NCBI GenBank assembly: GCA_963778755.1
Contig: CAVZVJ010000004.1
Span: forward strand, 18,836 to 82,835
Direction of reading: 5' to 3'
DNA: 64,000 nt
From: an uncultured Acidobacteriota bacterium
Lineage (GTDB): Bacteria > Actinomycetota > Acidimicrobiia > Spongiisociales > ZC4RG35
How positions within the stretch are numbered: position 1 is the stretch's first letter; the number at the start of each line of letters is the position of its first letter. Of this stretch, positions 1 through 9,375 are shown piece by piece. Below the pieces are notes generated by a model that did no database searches, was not told the origin of the DNA, and was given only the letters and a program-made list of their open reading frames with translations. The translations under genes and the position numbers were made by a program.

Positions 1-1
1 G

Positions 2-475
2 GATGACGACGGTGGTTTCGATATCGCGACCCTGGGTGAGGTGTTCGTCTTCGACCCGAACACATTCGTCACCGGCGGAGGATGGGTCGCCTCACCGGCC
101 GGGGCGTGGACGGATCAACCTTCGTACACCGGGAGGGCAACCTTCGGGTTCGTGGCCCGCTATGACCGGTCAGGGACCGTGCGCGGCAATGTCGAGTTTC
201 AGTTGCACAAGGGGATCAACTTCCACGCCACCGGATTCGACTATCTGCTGATCAACGATGGGATAGCAGTATTCGAGGGCTGGGGGAAGCTGAACGGCGA
301 GTCCGGCTATCACTTCGAGATCGTGGCCACCGACGAGCGTCTCGCCTCCTCGTCACAGGATCTGTTCTGGATCACCATCACCCGCGGTGGGTCCCTGGTC
401 TATGACGGATCGACCTATCCGACGGGCGGGCTCGCCATAGTGGGCAAGGGGGTCCAGGTCCATAACAAAGGGTGA
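2..475 (+). CDS. 3' part of a larger protein entering from the left edge (beta-rich C-terminal domain, probably secreted or surface protein upstream of the Tad-like genes)
   Basis: Frame 2 is open from base 2 (DDDGGFDIATLGEVFVFDPN...) to TGA 473-475. The listed ORF 41..475 only starts at an internal GTG. It shows a GGGW...ATFGF...NGESGYHFEIVATD pattern, and I cannot name a family with certainty. Confidence 0.5.
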   Translation, partial: DDDGGFDIATLGEVFVFDPNTFVTGGGWVASPAGAWTDQPSYTGRATFGFVARYDRSGTVRGNVEFQLHKGINFHATGFDYLLINDGIAVFEGWGKLNGESGYHFEIVATDERLASSSQDLFWITITRGGSLVYDGSTYPTGGLAIVGKGVQVHNKG

Positions 476-486
476 GCCGGTTACAA

Positions 487-504
487 CCCCCCTCATCCGG
501 GGGG
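487..504 (+). terminator. possible stem-loop after the first ORF
   Basis: CCCCCC (487-492) pairs with GGGGGG (499-504) around a 6-nt loop, 12 nt after the stop codon. There is no T-tract. Confidence 0.3.
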
Positions 505-712
505 TCGAGAATGTCCTCGGTCGAAGTCGTCCTCGAACAAGGTATTAGGTCAAGGTTCGGCTCGATTTGTGTCGAAAAACCATTGAGCGCACCATCGTTT
601 CAACACGCATCGCGACATGGGTTATAGGCATTTCGGCGACGGCTCGAGCAATGGTTCGCTGGACCTACCGGTTGTGCGTATCCCTCCGCCCGCTTTGGGC
701 GATTGCCTTGTC

Positions 713-1213
713 GTGAGGGAGTCCGATCTACTGCCGCGTCGATCGAGCAGACTGGGTAGCTGCCACAAAGAGAGCGGGGCCAGCCTGGTCGAGTTCGCCC
801 TGGTCGCACCACTTCTATTTCTCCTCCTGTTCGGCATGATCGATTTCGGCTGGCTGTTCGCTCAAAACCTCGATGTCCGCCACGGCGCACGAGAAGGGGC
901 CCGTCTGGCCGCCGTGAACTTCCCGGAGGGCCCTGAGCCCAACTCCGGGGTCCGCTCCAACGCCAATCGGGATGCACTGGTGGCAGAGACCTGTGCTCGT
1001 ATGCAGACACCAGCTAATGCCAACGTCACCATCGTGAGCAACGGCAGCGTCGGAGACTCCGCAACGGTGACTGTCACGGCTCCAGGTGACACCCTCACCG
1101 GATTCGTCAACTTTCTGCTTCCTTCGTCTCTCACTCTGAATTCGACGGTTGAGATCCGGATTGAACAGGCCGCCACTTGGACCAACACAGCCGGTGCGCA
1201 GACGTGTCCTTGA
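713..1213 (+). CDS. TadE-like Flp-pilus assembly protein (pseudopilin-like)
   Basis: Lies in ORF 617..1213. SGASLVEFALVAPLLFLLLFGMIDFG is the typical TadE N-terminal hydrophobic segment. The start is uncertain: in-frame GTG 713 was chosen, and ATG 617 is possible. Confidence 0.7.
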   Translation: MRESDLLPRRSSRLGSCHKESGASLVEFALVAPLLFLLLFGMIDFGWLFAQNLDVRHGAREGARLAAVNFPEGPEPNSGVRSNANRDALVAETCARMQTPANANVTIVSNGSVGDSATVTVTAPGDTLTGFVNFLLPSSLTLNSTVEIRIEQAATWTNTAGAQTCP

Positions 1214-2664
1214 CGCCAGTCACCCGACACCTCAGGTCTGAGCGGGGGGCAACCGCCCTCTTGGTTGCGATGGCGATGCTGGTGCTCATGGGGTTTGCTG
1301 CTCTCGCGGTGGACATCGGTCTTGGCATGAATGAGCGTCGTCAGGATCAATCCGCCTCCGACGTCGGGGCGCTGGCTGCAGTCCAGTTTGCGCGGCCCAA
1401 CCCCGGGTGTTCGGGTGCGGCATGTTTCACCCAGGCTGTGGCCAAGGGTGCCAACACCGCCATCGATGTGGCCAACTCCACTCTCGACGACCCCTCGCTG
1501 GCCGACTGGTCCAATGCCTCTCTCTGCGGCACGCCACCGACAGGCTTCACTGTCACCCCAGTTTCGCCGTGTGTCGCCTTCACCCCTAATTTCGCCCGTG
1601 CCTGGGTGAAGATACCCACCATCGCCTCTCCCACCTACTTCGGCAAGCTCTTTGGCAGGGACCAAGTGAACGTCTCCGCCCATGCCATCGCCGACCAGAA
1701 ATTTGGGAACCCCGGGCCCGTGCTCCCCTTCCTTGTTCCCGGCAACGCAGCCGGCGCCGACTACAACTGTCTCAAAAGCGGCCCCAACCCCGGGTGGGGT
1801 GTGTGCCAAGATCTGCCCGCTACTGGCAACTTCGGCTCCATGGATTTCTTCCTCTACGGCAACCCCGACCGCAACACCACGCAGAAATGCACCGGAGACA
1901 CCAACGGGCGCCTCGTCACCAACATGGCTCGTGGCGTCGACCACGCGCTAGGTAAGCATCCCACCGGTTCGGGGGCCGGGATAGAGGAGGCGGCCAACTG
2001 CCCCAACCTTGGCGCCGAGCCCGATATGGCTAAGGGCCAGTCAGGCGTGGGTTCATCCATTGAAGACGGCATGCTTTACGGAGGTACCTCCTACTCACTG
2101 GACGGCAGCACCTACGACGGCCGCATCGAGGATGGATCGGGCTTCAAAGTGCGGAACTCCGGCGGCGGCAAGCCGATGGTGAAGGTGGACAACGTACCGC
2201 TTTGGAACTTCCTCAAAGGTGGTCTCCCGATGCAATGCAGCGGTGTCGACACTTCTACCGAGATGCTCACCTGTATCAGCTGGGCCAAGGCCAACGACGT
2301 CGAGATCTTTGAGGATGACATCGTCGACTCTCAGCGGTTTGGCTTCACGCCCCAGGTGGCCGAGCCCGACTTCCTCACCCCTGGCTCGTCCTACCACATC
2401 ATTGGGTATCAGCCGGTGTACCTCGATACCACCTATTTCGGCTGCAACGCGACTCGCTGCGACATAGTTCATACCCCGGGTGTGGCCGACAGCGGGGTCT
2501 GCCCACCCGCCTCCGAGTTCATCACCTGCGGAACGCCGGGCGGTGCATCCAAGGGCTTGGTCGCTGTGACCGCTTACATCCTTTCGCCCGACATCCTCCC
2601 CGATGCGGCCAAGATGCCGTCGCCCGGTGCAGCGGGTCAACGTCAGTACAACCTCTCAGAGTGA
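1204..2664 (+). CDS. TadG-like / Flp pilus-assembly TadE/G-like membrane-anchored protein
   Basis: Lies in ORF 1177..2664. ERGATALLVAMAMLVLMGFAALAVDIG matches the Tad N-terminal motif. GTG 1204 or TTG 1210 overlaps the upstream TGA (1211-1213), suggesting translational coupling with the TadE-like gene. Confidence 0.65.
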   Translation: MSLTPVTRHLRSERGATALLVAMAMLVLMGFAALAVDIGLGMNERRQDQSASDVGALAAVQFARPNPGCSGAACFTQAVAKGANTAIDVANSTLDDPSLADWSNASLCGTPPTGFTVTPVSPCVAFTPNFARAWVKIPTIASPTYFGKLFGRDQVNVSAHAIADQKFGNPGPVLPFLVPGNAAGADYNCLKSGPNPGWGVCQDLPATGNFGSMDFFLYGNPDRNTTQKCTGDTNGRLVTNMARGVDHALGKHPTGSGAGIEEAANCPNLGAEPDMAKGQSGVGSSIEDGMLYGGTSYSLDGSTYDGRIEDGSGFKVRNSGGGKPMVKVDNVPLWNFLKGGLPMQCSGVDTSTEMLTCISWAKANDVEIFEDDIVDSQRFGFTPQVAEPDFLTPGSSYHIIGYQPVYLDTTYFGCNATRCDIVHTPGVADSGVCPPASEFITCGTPGGASKGLVAVTAYILSPDILPDAAKMPSPGAAGQRQYNLSE

Positions 2665-2736
2665 TCCTTTCGCAAGACTCGAACCCGCGACACGTGGTTT
2701 CGGGGGGTCGGGTTCAGCGGAGAGACCGCAGTGCGG

Positions 2737-3273
2737 TCAGCCGACCGAGAGCTCTTCGATGACCAGGGCGGGCTCGGGGATCAGGTCGAGAAGTTCGGTG
2801 TTCAACCGGTAGAAGATGTCGGCAGGCAAGGAGCCCTGCCCGTGTCGACGATTGATCTCCTTGAGCAGGCTAAGCCACCTGCCGCACGCCTGGGCCGGTG
2901 TTACCGCGTCCGACTTGAGCGCTTCCCGGGTCTCAACGATGCGCCGTTCCAGATCGGGGAGATACTCCTCGTCGGATCTGGCTTTGACGACAGGTTGCTT
3001 CGGCTTCACCACGGCCAGGCGACGGTGCTCCTTGATCCCTAGTTCTGCCGCGAACCGGGACGACTCGCTCACGATGAGAACCACATCCTCGCCATCGACC
3101 TTCATGTGAAAGCCGTCGGACATGCTGATCACATCGAGGTCCTCGAGTCGAAGGACCGCCACTGTCCGATCCCCGGAGGTCAGGGTCATCCGCTCGTGTT
3201 GGATGTCGATCTCTACCCCAAGAGGGAGTTTGGCCCGACCAGGCAAGTGAAGCCTTGCGGTGAACGTGGACAT
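2737..3273 (-). CDS. conserved hypothetical protein, paralog A (N-terminal beta domain plus C-terminal helical domain)
   Basis: ATG 3273 is preceded by GGAGGG, and the longer listed ORF (to 3345) has no RBS. It is clearly paralogous to 54736..55338: the first ~80 residues are about two-thirds identical by eye, and both share the C-terminal LKEINRRH...LLDL motif. Confidence 0.7.
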   Translation of the reverse strand: MSTFTARLHLPGRAKLPLGVEIDIQHERMTLTSGDRTVAVLRLEDLDVISMSDGFHMKVDGEDVVLIVSESSRFAAELGIKEHRRLAVVKPKQPVVKARSDEEYLPDLERRIVETREALKSDAVTPAQACGRWLSLLKEINRRHGQGSLPADIFYRLNTELLDLIPEPALVIEELSVG

Positions 3274-3437
3274 CGTCCCTCCGTCTCGTGTTGGCCGGTC
3301 GGTCCGGGTGATCATGTCACTCCTGTAATCGTCCAGTTGGTGCACCTGGGTTACGGCGATCTCGTGAGATGAGGAGAGGGGGGCAGGCCACTGGCCTGCC
3401 CCCCTCTCCTCGGCTCCGTTTGGTCGGAGATCTGTGG

Positions 3438-4235
3438 CTAGTCGTCGTTTCCCGGAGCGGACCTTCCTGGGTTGTCGGGCTTGCCGGCGTGGTCAGGTTT
3501 GCCGGACTCGGGCTTGCCGGCGTGATCGGGCTTGCCGGCGTGGTCGGGTTTGCCGTTCCCCTGAGCGTCGATGTCATCCTCGATGTCGGTCTTCTGCCCG
3601 TGCTCACAGTCGGCCTCGACCGAGGCGAAGTCGATCTCGCCGCTCTCGCCGCCCACGATCGGGTCAAAGTCGGGGTCTTCACCCGGTGCGACCTGTTGGT
3701 CGCCCTTGCCCAGATCGGATTGGGCCAGGTGACGGATCAAGCACCCTCGGCCAGTCCCCTCATAGAGGCTGTTGAACAGCTTCATGAACATGCCGTGGTT
3801 CACCTGGCCAGCCGGCCCAGTTACATCTCCTCCGCTCACACCACATTCACTGTCGGCGCCGCTGTAGGCGAACGGTGCGCCGGCAGGCTCGAGACCTTCT
3901 GCCAACTCCTCTTCCGGCCGCTCGGGGAAGATGACAACCCCAGCTTCGTTCTGGAGGTCGTCCACCGGGATCACTCCCTCATCGGTGGGCGCCCCATAGG
4001 TGGCGGTGTAGGTCCCATCGAGACTGCAGTCGAAGAGTCCGTCGAGTGCGCTCAGATTCCATCCGAGGAATCGATGCAGGATGTCGTAGCCGAAGCTGAA
4101 CAGGGTGTCGGCGTCGTGCGCGGTTTCAGTTTCCTCGACTTCGGGGGTTTCATCTTGGGCCCACGCCACCCCCGAGCCGACGAGGAGTCCGAACAGGACG
4201 ATGGCTGTGGTCCCCGGTTTGACAAGTCTTCGCAT
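3438..4235 (-). CDS. secreted acidic protein with C-terminal GKPDHA repeats
   Basis: Has a signal peptide (MRRLVKPGTTAIVLFGLLVGSGVAWAQD), and the C-terminus is GKPDHAGKPDHAGKPESGKPDHAGKPDNPG. The opposite-strand ORF 3369..4238 looks like a GC shadow. Confidence 0.7.
   Translation of the reverse strand: MRRLVKPGTTAIVLFGLLVGSGVAWAQDETPEVEETETAHDADTLFSFGYDILHRFLGWNLSALDGLFDCSLDGTYTATYGAPTDEGVIPVDDLQNEAGVVIFPERPEEELAEGLEPAGAPFAYSGADSECGVSGGDVTGPAGQVNHGMFMKLFNSLYEGTGRGCLIRHLAQSDLGKGDQQVAPGEDPDFDPIVGGESGEIDFASVEADCEHGQKTDIEDDIDAQGNGKPDHAGKPDHAGKPESGKPDHAGKPDNPGRSAPGNDD
3477..3554. repeat. in-frame tandem 18-nt repeat (gggcttgccggcgtgrtc) inside the secreted-protein gene
   Basis: Direct reading finds units at 3477-3494, 3510-3527 and 3528-3545, plus partial units. 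They encode the KPDHAG repeats. Confidence 0.85.
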
Positions 4236-4440
4236 TGATTCCCTCCAATAACTTCACCCCCGTAATCGACCGAAACGAGATTTGGGTTACGAGGGCGAGC
4301 GCCAGCGGCGTTTGGACATTCGGCTACAGGGAAAGCAATAGGAATCACCGCTCAGGACTAGGCGATCACTGCCGATAACTGATCTGGGAGTCCTGTTGCG
4401 GACGATGCCGCTGTCGATATGGATCGAGCTGAACTGAGCG

Positions 4441-4988
4441 ATGGCCCTGGGCGACAATTTCGAGTCTGCGCTGGACGCGGCCAAAGCCGGCGCCGAGTGG
4501 GCCTGGGCCTTGCTCTACCGGGATTTGGCCGGTCCGGTGACCGGATACCTCTGGAGCCGTGGCGCGCCAGAGCCCGACGACCTGGCCGCGGAGACCTTCC
4601 TCCAGGTGGCTCGCAACATCCACAGGTTCGAAGGAGGAGAGGAAGCCTTTCGATCCTGGGTGTTCGTCATCGCTCATCGTCGTCTCATCGATATCCGGCG
4701 GAGGATGGGGCGGCAGCCAGAGTTGAGCACCCTGCCCGACGAATTCCCACACGCCGGCGGGGACGCCGAAGCCGAAGCAGTGGATCGCCTGGTGACTGAT
4801 GAGTTGAGGCGTGTCTTGGAGACACTCACCGAGGAACAACGTGATGTCTTGTCGTTGCGAATCATCGGAAACCTGACGCTCGAGGAGACCGCCGACGTGG
4901 TGGGCAAACGCGTCGGTGCAGTCAAGGCGCTGCAGCGAAGGGGTCTGATTGCCCTCCGCGAGAATCTCGAGCAAAACCGGGTATCCCT

Positions 4989-4992
<4 letters not shown>
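4441..4992 (+). CDS. ECF-type RNA polymerase sigma factor (sigma-70 family)
   Basis: Region 2 reads DDLAAETFLQVARNIHRFEG...FRSWVFVIAHRRLIDIRR. Region 4 reads LTEEQRDVLSLRIIGNLTLEETADVVGKRVGAVKALQRRGL. Confidence 0.9.
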
Positions 4993-5855
<863 letters not shown>

Positions 5856-5916
5856 TTCGTTCCGAACGTCATGTCCGGCTTTGAGAAACTGTCACCGTTG
5901 CTCCAGTAAAGATCAA

Positions 5917-5942
5917 GTGGCGAGGGTGTAACCCCTCGCCAC
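5917..5942. terminator. bidirectional stem-loop between convergent genes
   Basis: There is a perfect 10-bp stem, gtggcgaggg (5917-5926) with ccctcgccac (5933-5942), around a 6-nt loop. It sits between the stops at 5855 (+) and 5948 (-). Confidence 0.6.
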
Positions 5943-5947
5943 GTCGG

Positions 5948-7159
5948 TCAACCGTTGGTCTCGTACCAGGCGGCCCAGTCGTCGATGTTGTCCAGGATGA
6001 GATTGCCGCAGTTTTCGGTACGAGCGGTGGCGCAGCCCGATTCCGCGTACTCGTCCTTCAGGTCGCCGCTGTCAGCGAAGCGCTGGAAGCTGTCCCGGAG
6101 CTCGGTGTCCTCGGGGTAGTTGTCCTCGTACCACACCTGTTCCCCGCCGCGCTCGAGCAACAGTGCATCGATCATGACGCTGAACTCTTTGACCGTCACT
6201 GCAGGCGGCTTGCCCACGGCGCGATTCATCGCATTCGAGTGGTGCACTTCGCACGACAGATCTTCGAGGTCTCCGGACGTCAGCGTCTCACAGGCTTCGA
6301 CCGAGATCTCTGCGCCGAGGATGGACTCATACTCCATCATGCGAACCGGGGAAGAGGACGGCTGGTCAGCACCGGAAGCGCAATCGTCGGCGGTGTGTCC
6401 GTCGTTGAACTCGCTGCCGCTGAGGAAGATTGCTTGTTCACAATCTCCCCCGTACCAGGATTCGAGTGTGGCCTCCACGACCTGCGCCGGCTCGAGCGGG
6501 GTCTTTCGCCACTCCACCCAGGCGTCGAGGTTCTCGAGCTGAATCGCGGCGCACGACTCAGGGAACGGGCCGAATCCGCAGTCCTCGTAGCCGTCGAAGC
6601 GACCTTCGATCGCGAGGAAGGTCCCCATCTGGAGCACTATCCACGAATGCTCGGGGAATCCGAATTCTGTGATCACACCGTCTTTGACCACCACCCGGTT
6701 CGAGTCACCATGATCGACGGAACCTAGGGCGTCTGTCATCGCATTCTGATACGGCACCCGGCAGTTGAACACCCCATCGGTCCCGCCCGTGCAGTTGAGG
6801 GTCAGCCGCCCTCGGATGGCCGCCTGATAGGCCGCCTCGTCGCGTATCTGCTGGTCGGTCCGATCCGGCAGCTCGAACAGCTCGGCGGCCCGCTGGGCGT
6901 CACCCGAATAGAACGCAGCGACTCCAGCTTCGATCGTTTCGAGGTCCGTCAAGGCCTCGAGATCAGGCGCAGCGGTGGTCGCGGTTGGTTCTGCAGCCAC
7001 CGTTGTCGGGGTCGGTTCGACCACGACGTCGGGCTCGCGGGCAAAGGCGAAATACAGGCCGGCCACAGCGAGGATGACGACCAATGCCGCCACCGCCCAC
7101 GCGGGACCCCTGTTCCGTTTTGGTTCGTTGGTTGTCGGTGATGGTTGTGTCTTGGTCAT
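5948..7159 (-). CDS. membrane-anchored hypothetical protein (N-terminal TM, Thr/Pro linker, Cys-containing extracytoplasmic domain)
   Basis: A 403-aa ORF. The TM is GPAWAVAALVVILAVAGLYFAFA, followed by the linker EPTPTTVAAEPTATTAAPD. No family was recognised. Confidence 0.65.
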   Translation of the reverse strand: MTKTQPSPTTNEPKRNRGPAWAVAALVVILAVAGLYFAFAREPDVVVEPTPTTVAAEPTATTAAPDLEALTDLETIEAGVAAFYSGDAQRAAELFELPDRTDQQIRDEAAYQAAIRGRLTLNCTGGTDGVFNCRVPYQNAMTDALGSVDHGDSNRVVVKDGVITEFGFPEHSWIVLQMGTFLAIEGRFDGYEDCGFGPFPESCAAIQLENLDAWVEWRKTPLEPAQVVEATLESWYGGDCEQAIFLSGSEFNDGHTADDCASGADQPSSSPVRMMEYESILGAEISVEACETLTSGDLEDLSCEVHHSNAMNRAVGKPPAVTVKEFSVMIDALLLERGGEQVWYEDNYPEDTELRDSFQRFADSGDLKDEYAESGCATARTENCGNLILDNIDDWAAWYETNG

Positions 7160-7190
7160 GAGTGTCCTCTTCGTTGTTCACGACCGTCGA

Positions 7191-7213
7191 GGAGGGGCGG
7201 GTTGGGCCCCTCC
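7191..7213 (-). terminator. stem-loop downstream of the TolB-like gene
   Basis: ggaggggc (7191-7198) pairs with gcccctcc (7206-7213) around a 7-nt loop, 24 nt after the stop at 7237. Confidence 0.45.
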
Positions 7214-7236
7214 CCGATCGTTGTCCTCGCCTCGGT

Positions 7237-8178
7237 TCAGCGTGTGCTCACGTAGATGTCGGCCTGTCCCTCTCCACCGACTCGGGTGGATCCGAAGTAC
7301 AGGATCCTCCCGTCCAATGACAGCGACGGCCGCGTCTCTGCCAACGGGCTGTTGACGTTCGGGCCCAGGTTCTGCGGTGTCCCCCAGGTTGTGGCGAACC
7401 ACTTCTTGGTCGACGAGTAGATGTCGGCCGCGCCGAGCGTGCCGGCACGGTCGCTCCAGAAGAAGATCTCCCTGCCATCCACTCGCACGTTGGGCTGACC
7501 CTCGTTGGCCGTAGTGTTGATCCCCGACAGCTGCGTACCCGCCTGGAACGCCCCTCCCTGCCACAGCGACGAGTAGAGGTCGTGGTCTCCCGGGGCATCG
7601 CTTGCGTCAGCGGGCCGGGCACTGGAGTAGAAGAGCACCAGCCCTTCACCCACCATCAGCTGTGGGAACGGGCTGTGCTCGTCCCAGCCACTGTTCACCT
7701 CGCATCCGAGATGGGTCACCGAGGCCGTCTGCAGGTTGGAGTCCAGCTTCGCCGTGTACAGGTCGGCGTTTGCGGTAGCGCCGCAAAAGCCCGGCCTGTT
7801 ACTGGCGAAGAAGAACGTCTTCCCGTCTCGCGACAGCGTCGGGCAGAAGTCGTTGGCCGCCGTGTTGATCGGTGGATCGAGGTGTACGGGATCGCCCCAG
7901 GGCTGGCTCTTGCTCGCTCTGGTCGATACCCAGATGTCATTCATTCCCAAACCGCCGGGACGGTTCGAGGCAAAGAACAACGTCTTCCCGTCTGCCGAAA
8001 TGTTGGGGCAGCCTTCGTTACTGACCGTGTTGAAGTTCTCGTGGGCTCCGGCACCGAAGTCCTCGATGCTCTCGGCCGCGCTCCAGTCGCCAGAGCCTCC
8101 GCCCGCGACGGCGGCCAATGCCCCGGAGAGCACCATCGCCATCGCCACCGCGACGATGGTCGCACTGCGTCTCATCAT
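7237..8178 (-). CDS. secreted TolB-like beta-propeller protein (PD40/WD40-like repeats)
   Basis: Has a signal peptide (MMRRSATIVAVAMAMVLSGALAAVAG). It carries repeated DGKTLFFASNRPGG...DIWVS, DGKTFFFASNRPG, DGREIFFWSDRAG...DIYSS and DGRILYFGSTRVGG...DIYVS units. Confidence 0.8.
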   Translation of the reverse strand: MMRRSATIVAVAMAMVLSGALAAVAGGGSGDWSAAESIEDFGAGAHENFNTVSNEGCPNISADGKTLFFASNRPGGLGMNDIWVSTRASKSQPWGDPVHLDPPINTAANDFCPTLSRDGKTFFFASNRPGFCGATANADLYTAKLDSNLQTASVTHLGCEVNSGWDEHSPFPQLMVGEGLVLFYSSARPADASDAPGDHDLYSSLWQGGAFQAGTQLSGINTTANEGQPNVRVDGREIFFWSDRAGTLGAADIYSSTKKWFATTWGTPQNLGPNVNSPLAETRPSLSLDGRILYFGSTRVGGEGQADIYVSTR

Positions 8179-8249
8179 TTACCTCCTCTTGGCGGAGTTG
8201 CTCACGGCATCTCCACCGGTAGTCCTTCCCGTTTCCATGCCTCGATCCC
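8113..8249. repeat. copy A of a ~137-bp direct repeat (signal-peptide codons, RBS and a relic of the rhodanese 3' end)
   Basis: Aligns by eye with 8782-8916 at close to 90% identity. It includes catcatttacctcct and atctccaccggtagtccttcccgtttccatgcctcgatccc. Confidence 0.85.
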
Positions 8250-8250
8250 G

Positions 8251-8847
8251 CTATTTGGCGACGACGTCGAAGGAGTCCGTGCCGGCGTCATACGCACCAG
8301 CCGGGACGCAGCTCTCTTCGAATACGGGGCTGAATCCGTCGCAGTGGGGGGCGCTGAAGATCCAGAACGATGTGACCGTGTGGGTTCCGACCCGTAATGG
8401 CCGGACCGCTCCGAGCGTCATGGCGCTAGCTACATCGGTGTTGGGGAACACGAGGTGTTCGTGGGTCCACAGGCTCGGGCCGGTGGCGAACTCGACTGTG
8501 AACTCGTGCTTCGTGCCCTGGTCGACGACATATCTGATTGCCACGAACTTGGCCACGAAGTCTTCGAGCGGTGTTGCGCCTACCGGAACGAACCCATCGG
8601 GCACGTACTCCCAGCTCTGGTTTTCGGTCCAGAACTGTGCCCGCACCCACCAGTCGCCGGCCTTGATCGTCGGGCAGAAGGGCGCCACGATTGCGGCCGA
8701 GATACCGAGGGTCGCATTGATGTCGATGTGATTCGGGGTGACGCAGTGCTCGGTTCGTGTGCTGTCGGCCTGGGCCGTGGAGGCCAATGCCCCGGAGAGC
8801 ATCATCGCCATCGCCGCGACGACAATTGTCACGCTACGTCTCATCAT
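8251..8847 (-). CDS. secreted hypothetical protein
   Basis: A 198-aa ORF. The signal peptide MMRRSVTIVVAAMAMMLSGALASTAQA is nearly identical to that of the neighbouring TolB-like gene. The mature part has no recognised family. Confidence 0.7.
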   Translation of the reverse strand: MMRRSVTIVVAAMAMMLSGALASTAQADSTRTEHCVTPNHIDINATLGISAAIVAPFCPTIKAGDWWVRAQFWTENQSWEYVPDGFVPVGATPLEDFVAKFVAIRYVVDQGTKHEFTVEFATGPSLWTHEHLVFPNTDVASAMTLGAVRPLRVGTHTVTSFWIFSAPHCDGFSPVFEESCVPAGAYDAGTDSFDVVAK

Positions 8848-8916
8848 TTACCTCCTCTGGTGAAGCGCTCACAGCATCTCCACCGGTAGTCCTTCCCGTT
8901 TCCATGCCTCGATCCC
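8782..8916. repeat. copy B of the ~137-bp direct repeat (signal-peptide codons, RBS and the genuine rhodanese 3' end)
   Basis: See copy A. Here the distal part is the real C-terminus of the rhodanese gene (GGIEAWKREGLPVEML*). Confidence 0.85.
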
Positions 8917-9285
8917 ACCGTCGAGCACACGGACGTCCCGATAACCCATAGACCGCAATGTGGCGCCGGCCATGGCGGAGCGTTCGCCCGTCGAGCAGTA
9001 GAGGATCAGGCGGCGTTCGGGGTCGAACTCGATGCGGTGGCGTCGATCCGAGGGATCTGCCCAGAACTCGAGCATGCCCCTCGGGGCCCACACCGAGTCA
9101 CGGACCCAACCCACCACGTGGAGTTCGTCTTCCTCACGCAAGTCGACGACCAGCGTTCCCCCGGTGAGCTCTTCGCTCACCTCATGGGGAGCCAGCCTCA
9201 CCAAGCGCTGGAACGCCTCCGCCACCAGGTCGGCGGCGGTTCGCTCGAGACGTCTTGACCCTGTCGACATGCCGCCAATTTGCAT
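8869..9285 (-). CDS. rhodanese-like sulfurtransferase domain protein
   Basis: Has the active-site loop LYCSTGERS and the ending RVLDGGIEAWKREGLPV. The start is ATG 9285, or the internal ATG at 9270. Confidence 0.85.
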   Translation of the reverse strand: MQIGGMSTGSRRLERTAADLVAEAFQRLVRLAPHEVSEELTGGTLVVDLREEDELHVVGWVRDSVWAPRGMLEFWADPSDRRHRIEFDPERRLILYCSTGERSAMAGATLRSMGYRDVRVLDGGIEAWKREGLPVEML

Positions 9286-9375
9286 CCGGGCTCTGGTGGC
9301 TCACTTGGTCGATCCCTGCGAAGCTTCCCAGTGGTTTCCCAGAGAAACGCGAGACGATTAGAACCCGGCAGAGGA

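Noticed and set aside
862-1944. 360-aa ORF antisense to the TadE/TadG-like genes
   Set aside because: It has the Gly/Arg/Val-rich composition typical of shadow ORFs in high-GC DNA. The sense strand carries recognisable Tad N-terminal motifs and translational coupling.
2671-2695. tRNA-like T-arm fragment (reverse complement gcgggttcgagtc) that could mark an att site
   Set aside because: Only about 13 nt resemble a T-loop. The complementary T-stem half and acceptor stem do not fit, and no integrase or direct repeat is nearby.
8202-8249. Possible mini-ORF encoding GIEAWKREGLPVEMP*
   Set aside because: It is a duplicated relic of the rhodanese 3' end within the 137-bp repeat. It has no start codon or RBS of its own.
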